A DNA stretch of 64,000 bases, from contig CAVZSM010000034.1 of the NCBI GenBank assembly GCA_963777905.1, forward strand, positions 39,691 through 103,690, read 5' to 3'. Of this stretch, positions 52,930 to 59,996 are shown one piece after another; position 1 is the first letter of the stretch, and each line of letters opens with the position of its first letter. The DNA is from an uncultured Actinomycetota bacterium (lineage in GTDB: Bacteria > Actinomycetota > Actinomycetes > Streptosporangiales > Streptosporangiaceae). The position numbers and the translations under genes are program-made. The notes under the pieces are model-generated. The model was not told where the DNA came from. It saw nothing but the letters and a program-made list of their open reading frames with translations, and did no database searches.

Positions 52930-53027
52930 CGCGTTTCCGCGGAAGCGCATTGTGCACAATTTCACAAGGCCAGGGAGGCGAGCACGGCCTTGAGCCCGGC
53001 CAGGTAACCCTGGGCATCGGCCGGCTG
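52930..53027. repeat. right copy of the direct repeat = authentic 3' end of the phosphotransferase gene
   Basis: See 51435-51530. Confidence 0.9.
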
Positions 53028-53930
53028 GCCGGCCCGGAGGTCATGGGCCGCGTAGCCGATGAGGATTCGGAGCTGACTGAGGGCAAGCCACCGTCCCCGG
53101 TCGGTCCAGAACGGCGCGGCCCCGTAGCCGGCCGCCAGGGCCGCGCGGTCTATCTCGGGCCATTCCCAGCACAGCAGGGCCAGGTCATCCAGCGGGCGGC
53201 CGCCGCACGCATCGCCGAAGTCGAGCAGCCCGGTCACGGTCACCGCTTCGTCCTCGCCCGCGACGACGAAGATATGGTCAGGGAACAGTTCGCCGTGGCA
53301 CAGCACCGCCGGGCCGTCGCCGCGCGCCGCCACCGTCTCGGGGAGCAGGCCCTCCGCCCGGCGGACCTCCGCTTGTGTCAGCAGCCCCGCCCCGGCCAGC
53401 GAGCGCAGGTTGTCGAGCCGGTTCGCCAGGTCGGCCGCCTGCAGGGCGGCATTGTCGGCGAACTCGAAGCTCCCGTCGGCGCGGCGGCGGTAGAACCCGT
53501 CGACCCGCACTGAGTGCAGCCGGGCGATCACCTGCCCGCAGGAGCGGGCCGCGGATCGGCGCTGACCGGCTGACATCCCCGGCAGCATGATGCTCAGTGG
53601 CCGGCCGGCCACCGCCGTCTGTACCATCACCGTCTTCGGGCCTGCCGGGGTTTCCGCGGCCCCGACCCACACGACCTCGGGTACCGGGACCCCGGCCTGG
53701 CGGGCCCGGGCCAGGAACCACGCCTCCTGGTCCAGGCCGTTGCTTTCGTGGGCCTCACCCCGGATCACGAGCCTGGCGCCCGAGGCGGTCACCACCTCGT
53801 GAACTTCCCGGGCGCGGCCGCTGCCCAGGTTTCTCTTGCTCGCGGCGACCCCTTCAGCGCAGGCCTGTGAGACCAGCCAGGACAGCACATCCCCGGTGAG
53901 GCGCCCGCTGTCAGGCTGGGCCGGGGCCAT
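52962..53930 (-). CDS. aminoglycoside phosphotransferase (APH)-family kinase
   Basis: ATG at 53930 inside ORF 52962..54845. VLCHGELFPDHIFV and LLDFGDA motifs. Confidence 0.8.
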   Translation of the reverse strand: MAPAQPDSGRLTGDVLSWLVSQACAEGVAASKRNLGSGRAREVHEVVTASGARLVIRGEAHESNGLDQEAWFLARARQAGVPVPEVVWVGAAETPAGPKTVMVQTAVAGRPLSIMLPGMSAGQRRSAARSCGQVIARLHSVRVDGFYRRRADGSFEFADNAALQAADLANRLDNLRSLAGAGLLTQAEVRRAEGLLPETVAARGDGPAVLCHGELFPDHIFVVAGEDEAVTVTGLLDFGDACGGRPLDDLALLCWEWPEIDRAALAAGYGAAPFWTDRGRWLALSQLRILIGYAAHDLRAGQPADAQGYLAGLKAVLASLAL

Positions 53931-53932
53931 GA

Positions 53933-55066
53933 TCAGGCCGCCAGCGGGGCGGTCCACGGGTTGTAGCTGTAGACCCAGTCGACGTCGGTCTTCTCGCGCA
54001 GCCAGGTGTTGGTCCTGGAGGTGAGCTGGACCCGGGAGGTGCGGGGCTTGCGGGTCGCCTCCAGCCGGCGGAACGCGCCGGGGATGCCGGCCGGGTCGTC
54101 GACCTCCGCTAGCAGCCGGGACAGGACGGCGGCATCCTCCAGGGCCATGGCGGCGCCCTGGGCCATGTACGGCGTCATGGGATGGCACGCGTCGCCGAGC
54201 AGGGTGACGTTGCGGTCCTGCCATCGCGGCAGCGGGTCGCGGTCGGCCAGGGCCCACTTGTGCACGTCCGGGCAGGCCGCCAGGACGTGCCGCACCTGCG
54301 GGTGGAAGCCGTCGAACGCCGCGCGCAGCGTGGGCATGTCGCCCTTGGCCGACCACGACTCGACGGTGAAGCCAGGTTCCGGCTGGCTGGTGACGAAGTA
54401 GACCTCGCTGCGGTCCGGCTTGACGTAGTAGATGACGATGTGCCGGTCCTCGCCCCACCACTTGGTGCATTCGCCGATGTCGTAGCCGCCCAGCAGCGCG
54501 GCGGGGAAGGTGGTGCGGTAGGCGATGCGCCCGGTGAAGCTGGGCTTCTCCGCGCCGAACAGCAGCTCCCTGACGAGCGAGTGGACGCCATCGGCGGCGA
54601 CCACGCCGTCGTGCACCGCGGTGCTGCCGTCGGCGAAGCCGAGCATCACCGATCCGGCCCTGTCGTCCAGCCCCGTGAGCTTGTGGTCCAGCCGGATGCG
54701 CTCGCCGGGCACGGCGCTGGCCAGGGTGGCGTGCAGGTCGCCGCGGTGCGCCAGCAGGTAGGGCGCGCCGTACTTCGCCTCCGCGGCTGGGCCGAAGATC
54801 TGGTCGTACCGCACCTCGCCGGTACGCCAGTCCCTGTTGTTCCACGACCGCGGGTAGAACGCCTCGCCGCGTATCCGCTGCTCGAGGCCCAGCCCGCGCA
54901 GCACCTGCATCGCGTTGCAGCCGACCTGGATGCCCGCGCCGAGCCTGGCGAACTTCCGCGCCTGTTCGTAGACCGTGACGTCGACGCCGGCCCGGAGCAG
55001 CGCGGCGGCCGTGGCGAGCCCGCCCATCCCAGCGCCGATCACGGCGATGGAAAGCCTGCCACCCAT
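53933..55066 (-). CDS. FAD-dependent aromatic-ring monooxygenase (salicylate / 6-hydroxynicotinate hydroxylase-like)
   Basis: VIGAGMGGLATA, ADGVHSLVR, LLGDACHPMTPYMAQGAAMALEDA. Confidence 0.85.
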   Translation of the reverse strand: MGGRLSIAVIGAGMGGLATAAALLRAGVDVTVYEQARKFARLGAGIQVGCNAMQVLRGLGLEQRIRGEAFYPRSWNNRDWRTGEVRYDQIFGPAAEAKYGAPYLLAHRGDLHATLASAVPGERIRLDHKLTGLDDRAGSVMLGFADGSTAVHDGVVAADGVHSLVRELLFGAEKPSFTGRIAYRTTFPAALLGGYDIGECTKWWGEDRHIVIYYVKPDRSEVYFVTSQPEPGFTVESWSAKGDMPTLRAAFDGFHPQVRHVLAACPDVHKWALADRDPLPRWQDRNVTLLGDACHPMTPYMAQGAAMALEDAAVLSRLLAEVDDPAGIPGAFRRLEATRKPRTSRVQLTSRTNTWLREKTDVDWVYSYNPWTAPLAA

Positions 55067-55070
55067 GCGG

Positions 55071-55859
55071 CTAGCGGCCGTGGCGCCAGTTCGGCTTGCG
55101 CTTTTCCAGGAACGCCGTCATGCCCTCCTGGGCGTCGGGGAGCTGGCTGGTCGCGGCCATGACCTCGACGGCGTAGGCGTAGGCCTTGGGCTGGTCGAGG
55201 TCGATCTGGGCGTACAGCGCCTGCTTGCCGATGCCCTTGCTCTGCGCGGAGCCGCGGGTCACCCGCTCCAGGAGGTCGCGGGTCGCGTCGTCCAGCTGGG
55301 CGGCGGGTACGACCCGGTTGACCAGGCCCCAGTCGAGCGCCGTGCGGGCGTCGATGACGTCACCGGACAGCGCGAGTTCCATGGCGCGCTTGCGGCCTAC
55401 GTTCCTGGCGACCGCCACCATCGGCGTGTGGCAGAACCAGCCGCCCTTCCCGCCAGGCGCCGCGAACCCGGCGTCCTCGCTGGCCACCGCCAGGTCGGCG
55501 GTCGCGACCAGCTGGCAGCCGGCCGCGGTGGCCAGCCCGTGCACCCGCGCGACCACCGGCTGCGGCACCTGCTGCATCAGCGTCATCAGCTCGGTGCAGG
55601 TCGCGAGCAGCGCGCGGACCGACGCCAGGTCGGCGCCCGCGACCTGGGCGAAGTCGTGCCCAGCGCTGAACACCGGACCGTTCCCCGCCAGCACGATGCC
55701 CAGGGCGTCGCTGTCGCCGAGGTCACGGAAGGCCGCGATCAGTTCGCGCATGTGCTCCTGGGACAGGGCGTTGCGGCGCTGCGGCCGGTTCATCGTGACG
55801 GTGGCGAAATCGCCGGAACGCTCGACCAGGATGTGTTCGAACTCCATGGTCCTAAGCAT
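55071..55859 (-). CDS. enoyl-CoA hydratase/isomerase family protein
   Basis: 262 aa crotonase fold (RPQRRNALS, GNGPVFSAGHD, VHGLATAAGCQL). Alternative ATG at 55847. Confidence 0.85.
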   Translation of the reverse strand: MLRTMEFEHILVERSGDFATVTMNRPQRRNALSQEHMRELIAAFRDLGDSDALGIVLAGNGPVFSAGHDFAQVAGADLASVRALLATCTELMTLMQQVPQPVVARVHGLATAAGCQLVATADLAVASEDAGFAAPGGKGGWFCHTPMVAVARNVGRKRAMELALSGDVIDARTALDWGLVNRVVPAAQLDDATRDLLERVTRGSAQSKGIGKQALYAQIDLDQPKAYAYAVEVMAATSQLPDAQEGMTAFLEKRKPNWRHGR

Positions 55860-56271
55860 CGTCCCGCGGCGGGGTTATGTCCAAGGCGGACTCGATGGCC
55901 TGGGCCTCGCGCCGCAGGCGGCCAGCGCGGTCGGCATGCCCGGCGGCCTGGTAGTCGCGGGCCGCGGCGCGACGGTCGGCGGCTTCGGCCGCGGCGATCG
56001 CGGCCGCCTCGTCCTCGGTGACCTCGCGCCTGCTCACCTCGGCGGCCCCTAGCCCGGCTACGGCGTCGGCGAAGTGCGGGGACGACTGCGGCGCGGGCCT
56101 CGCCCGTGGCCCGGGACTCGCCGCCGGGAGGGGGACCGCCTCGGCGTTGGCGATCGCCGCCAGCGCCGACCGCAGCCCGGCCGCCGCGACGGTGTCCCGC
56201 TCCTTCATGGCCGAGCGCAGCGCGGCCCGCAGACGCGACCGCGCGGAACCTGCGGGGGAAGGCGTGCTCAT
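55852..56271 (-). CDS. GatB/YqeY domain protein
   Basis: ATG at 56271. RLRAALRSAMKERDTVAAAGLRSALAAIANAE...DYQAAGHADRAGRLRREAQAIESAL follows the YqeY pattern, with a Pro/Ala-rich insertion. Confidence 0.7.
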   Translation of the reverse strand: MSTPSPAGSARSRLRAALRSAMKERDTVAAAGLRSALAAIANAEAVPLPAASPGPRARPAPQSSPHFADAVAGLGAAEVSRREVTEDEAAAIAAAEAADRRAAARDYQAAGHADRAGRLRREAQAIESALDITPPRDDA

Positions 56272-56372
56272 GGGCTGGTTATACCGTCCGGGAGCACGCG
56301 AGTCGCTTGAATATTCGCTCGGCCACGGACCCATCGGGCTCACCAGGACACGCCAGGACGCACGAGGGCCGG

Positions 56373-57155
56373 CTAGGACGCCGCCGCGGCCGCGGCCGCG
56401 CGGACGCGGCCGACGATCCGCGCGGCCTCGATGCCGCTGATCTGCCGCAGCTTGTTATCGAGGTTGCCGCGCTCGGCGGAGTACAGCAGGAACGTGTGCC
56501 GCCACGCCAGGTCGCGCCCGAAGGCCTCGTCCCGCTGTCCGTCCGGGTGCATGACCCGGCGCAGCACTCCGGCCGGCGACTCGCGACTGGTCAGCGCATC
56601 GATGATCGCGTAGTAGGCGACGCGGTGCGCCATCCCGCCGGGCCGGAACGGCCGGTCCGCCAGCACGGGGCCGCTCCAGCAGAGGGCCCGCGACAGGGCC
56701 TGCAGCTCCGCCCGCGTCTCATCGTCGGGTTCCGCCGAGCGCAGCCGCGCGTAGAGCGGGAATGAGCGTTCCCGCACCGACTGGCTGAGCGCCGTGTGGA
56801 ACTGCACCTCGAACAGCTCGCCCGATCCCGGCGCCCGCCAGACGCTGACCGTCCCGAGCCGCACCGCCGCCTCCCACAGGTTCCGGCGCTCGACCTCGGT
56901 AAAGCCCCTCGACCGCAGCTCAGCGACGTCCGCGCGCATCCCGGGCAGGTACCCGTCGGACGGGTAGCAGAACGAGAACCGGATCCGGTCGGTGATGGCC
57001 GCGAGCGCCTCGTCGGCGGTGCGGCCCTTGACGCGCACGTCTTCCGCGACGCGCGCGTCGATCCGGCCTGGATCCTTGAGCCGATGCTCGCGGCCGGTCA
57101 GCCCGCCCGCGCTCTCGGTGCCGCGCAATTCCTGCCACAGGTCCAGTGACGACAT
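56373..57155 (-). CDS. hypothetical protein; N-half has tentative RelA/SpoT-like nucleotidyltransferase motifs, C-half unknown
   Basis: 260 aa. VRVKGRTADEALAAITDRIRFSF...GTVSVWRAPGSGELFEVQFHTALSQSVRERSFPLYARLR maps by eye onto the RxK / D-x-x-x-R / h-E-h-Q-h-(R/H)-T blocks of RelA/SpoT-fold enzymes. The functional call alone carries about 0.3 confidence. Confidence 0.6.
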   Translation of the reverse strand: MSSLDLWQELRGTESAGGLTGREHRLKDPGRIDARVAEDVRVKGRTADEALAAITDRIRFSFCYPSDGYLPGMRADVAELRSRGFTEVERRNLWEAAVRLGTVSVWRAPGSGELFEVQFHTALSQSVRERSFPLYARLRSAEPDDETRAELQALSRALCWSGPVLADRPFRPGGMAHRVAYYAIIDALTSRESPAGVLRRVMHPDGQRDEAFGRDLAWRHTFLLYSAERGNLDNKLRQISGIEAARIVGRVRAAAAAAAS

Positions 57156-57222
57156 GGCAGCGATGCTATCGCGAGTAGTCGACCATACTCATGCAAGCAG
57201 CGGAGAATTTCCGGCCCGCCGC

Positions 57223-58689
57223 CTACGGCTCGTGCAGGAACGTGCCCTGCCGGCGGAGCTCCTCGCGGATTTCCTTGACGTCGAGTGCGCGGGGTGCGAG
57301 ACCGGTGCCGGCCGCGAGGCCGGCGGCGGTTCCTGCCGCCTGGCCGGTCATCCAGCACTGCGGGATCTCGCGCATGAAAGCCTGGGTGGCGGCGTCGCTG
57401 GCCACGTGGCGGCCGCCGACGACCACGCCGTCGAGTCGCTCCGGCAGCAGGGCGCGGTACGGCACCGAGACCGTCGGGAACTTCTGGGACGGGGAAGGGG
57501 AGACGCCTACCTCGTCGGGGTGGCGTACCCCTGCCTTCCAGTCGTCGGACGTCATCGGATGCAAACCCGCCAGGCGGCGGGTCATCCGTACGCCGATCTG
57601 CGGCGCGGCGAGCATGATCCACGCATTCTCGAAGCCGGGGGCCTCTTTGCGGAAGAAGTCCAGGTGGGCGACCATGCGGCGGCGGGACTCGAGCTCGACC
57701 CTACTGAGGTGCTCGACGTCGAGCCCGCTGTAGCCGGACAGGCGGGGGCCCATGAACACCACGACGTCGTCGCGCCAGCCGACATGCGGTGTGTCCACGA
57801 AGCCGAGGAGTTCGCGGCCGCGGTTCATCAGGGCGTGGTGGGCCGCCGGGTTGCCGCGCTTGAACGCCAGCCACCGCCGCATGTCGACGCCCGTCCACGT
57901 AAAGGCGGTGTTGAGGCAGTGCTGGACGTTGCCGCCCGTGCCGTCCTTCTCGGCGTCGGTGACGAACGTGCCGCCGGCCTGCGCGATGACGTCGAGATCG
58001 CCGGTGGCGTCCACGACGACCTTGGCGAGGATCGCGCGGCGCCCCTGCTTGCTCTCGAAGATCACGCCGCGGACGATGCCTTCGTCGTTGATCGCGGCGA
58101 CGACCCAGCAGTGCAGCAGCACTCGCACTCCCTCGCCAACGAGGAACTCGTGGGACGTGATCTTGAGCCATTCCGGGTCGATCATCGGCGAGCGGCAGAC
58201 GGTCTCACGGAACGCGGACAGCCGCTCGCGCCAGTACGCCACCTGCTCAGGGTCGGTCGAGCCCCACAGCTCAGGGCCGGGCCCGGCGAGGGCTCCCGCG
58301 GGCAGCCGGTCCAGCAGCTCGGCACCGATGCCGGCGATGACCGGGGTGCCTGCCCAATCGGTCATCCGGTCAATCCAGATCACCAGTCCGCCCGCCGAGA
58401 GGCCACCGAGGTCGCCGTACCGCTCGACGAGGGTCACCCGCTGGCCGAGGCGCCGCGCAGCGACCGCGGCCGCGGTGCCGGCCGGACCGCCGCCGACCAC
58501 GAGTACGTCGGTCTCCTCATGCACGGGGATCTCACGGGCGGGCTCGGTGACCGTGGCGACGGACGGCGCGGCGGGCGCGGGGGAATGCGGCCCATCCGAG
58601 GTGCCTCCTGCGGTGAACAGTCCACTTCCCCCGCCGATCCCGGCGCCGAAGTAGCTCGCTGGGTCGCGCTCGCGCTGTGCCTCGTCCAT
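57223..58689 (-). CDS. FAD-dependent oxidoreductase (FAD_oxidored/GIDA-like family)
   Basis: ATG at 58689 directly after AAGGAG (the ORF-track start at 58725 is TTG). DVLVVGGGPAGTAAA dinucleotide motif after a Gly/Pro/Ala-rich leader. Confidence 0.8.
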   Translation of the reverse strand: MDEAQRERDPASYFGAGIGGGSGLFTAGGTSDGPHSPAPAAPSVATVTEPAREIPVHEETDVLVVGGGPAGTAAAVAARRLGQRVTLVERYGDLGGLSAGGLVIWIDRMTDWAGTPVIAGIGAELLDRLPAGALAGPGPELWGSTDPEQVAYWRERLSAFRETVCRSPMIDPEWLKITSHEFLVGEGVRVLLHCWVVAAINDEGIVRGVIFESKQGRRAILAKVVVDATGDLDVIAQAGGTFVTDAEKDGTGGNVQHCLNTAFTWTGVDMRRWLAFKRGNPAAHHALMNRGRELLGFVDTPHVGWRDDVVVFMGPRLSGYSGLDVEHLSRVELESRRRMVAHLDFFRKEAPGFENAWIMLAAPQIGVRMTRRLAGLHPMTSDDWKAGVRHPDEVGVSPSPSQKFPTVSVPYRALLPERLDGVVVGGRHVASDAATQAFMREIPQCWMTGQAAGTAAGLAAGTGLAPRALDVKEIREELRRQGTFLHEP

Positions 58690-58829
58690 TGCTCCTTGAT
58701 ATAAAGCCGAACGCTCGCGGGTCAACGACGGCGTTGCTCAGTCGAAGCGTTACAGGTATGCCGATGGATGCCCTTCCAAGGAGCGACGTCGCCCCGCAGG
58801 CCGCATAGTTCACAGCGTCACCAAGTCCC

Positions 58830-58880
58830 GTTAGTGCTGGGGATTTGCCCCCTCAGAGCGGCCAAATCCCCAGCACTAAC
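58830..58880. repeat. perfect 18-bp inverted repeat (hairpin, 15-nt loop)
   Basis: GTTAGTGCTGGGGATTTG (58830-58847) and CAAATCCCCAGCACTAAC (58863-58880). Located in the 370-bp lower-GC divergent intergenic region. No flanking T-tract. Confidence 0.9.
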
Positions 58881-59057
58881 CCAAAACAGCCCCTGGCCGG
58901 GTTCCGTGTGCCCGGCATAATGGACAGCAGAGGCACTTGGGACGCCTGGTGCAGGTTGCGCAAGACAGCTTGACTTCCGCGTCCGTCGTGATCCACGGCG
59001 TGATAACAGCAAGAAGCGCAGCGCGCTTTGTCAGACTCCGGTGTTAGCGTCACCCCC

Positions 59058-59996
59058 ATGAAGATCGGGCTGATGCTCTACCTGGTGAACGATCGCGAGA
59101 CCAACGACAAGCGTCCGTACCAATCGATCCGTGAGCTCGCGCAGCAGGCGGAGGCGGATGGCTTTGACAGCATCTGGCTCGCCGACCATCTCATGTACCG
59201 CCGCCCCGGTGCGCCGACCACGGGGATCTGGGAGTGCTGGACCATGCTGGCCGCGCTGGCGGAAGCGACACACCGGGTGGAGATCGGCTCCCTGGTGCTC
59301 TGCAATTCCTTCCGTAATCCGGCGATCCTCGCGAAGATGGCCACCGCCCTCGACGAGGTGAGCGACGGGCGCTTGATCCTGGGCGTCGGCGCGGGCTGGA
59401 ACGAGCCGGAGTACCAGGCGTTCGGGTTGCCCTTCGATCATCGCGCGAGCCGTTTCGAAGAGGCCATGCAGATCCTCGTACCGATGCTGCGGGACGGGCA
59501 CGTCGATTTCACTGGGCAGTACTACCAGGCGCGGAACTGCGAGGACGTGCCGCGCGGTCCGCGTCAGCAGGGACCGCCGCTGTTGTTCGGGACCGAGGGC
59601 CCGCGCTTGATCAAGCTGGCCGCGCGGTATGCCGACCTGTGGAACACCGGCTACATGGGTCAGCCCGAGACGATGGCCGGGCCGCTGGCCACCATCGAGG
59701 CCGCGTGCCGCGAGGTAGGCCGCGACCCGGCGACGATGGGCGTCACGGCGCTGATCGGCCTGTGGTTCTCCGACCTCCAGCAAGAGAAGCCGGCGTTCGT
59801 CGACGACAAGCACCTGGAAGGGACGCCCGAGGAACTCGCGGCGGCAATGCGCGGCTACGCCGAACTCGGCGTGCAGCACATCATGTTCCAGTACGCGCCG
59901 TACACCGATGAAGCGCGCCGCCGGCTGACCGAGGCGCTCCGGCTCTACCACGGCAGCCAAGACCACGGCAGCCAAGACCGAGGCAGCCAAGGTTAA
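59058..59996 (+). CDS. LLM-class (luciferase-like) F420-dependent oxidoreductase
   Basis: ATG at 59058 (MKIGLML...). FDSIWLADHL, LILGVGAGWNEPEY. The C-terminus carries the HGSQD repeat. Confidence 0.85.
   Translation: MKIGLMLYLVNDRETNDKRPYQSIRELAQQAEADGFDSIWLADHLMYRRPGAPTTGIWECWTMLAALAEATHRVEIGSLVLCNSFRNPAILAKMATALDEVSDGRLILGVGAGWNEPEYQAFGLPFDHRASRFEEAMQILVPMLRDGHVDFTGQYYQARNCEDVPRGPRQQGPPLLFGTEGPRLIKLAARYADLWNTGYMGQPETMAGPLATIEAACREVGRDPATMGVTALIGLWFSDLQQEKPAFVDDKHLEGTPEELAAAMRGYAELGVQHIMFQYAPYTDEARRRLTEALRLYHGSQDHGSQDRGSQG
59949..59992. repeat. 15-bp tandem repeat CACGGCAGCCAAGAC x2.9 at the 3' end of the LLM gene
   Basis: Encodes HGSQD HGSQD RGSQG immediately before the TAA. Confidence 0.9.
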
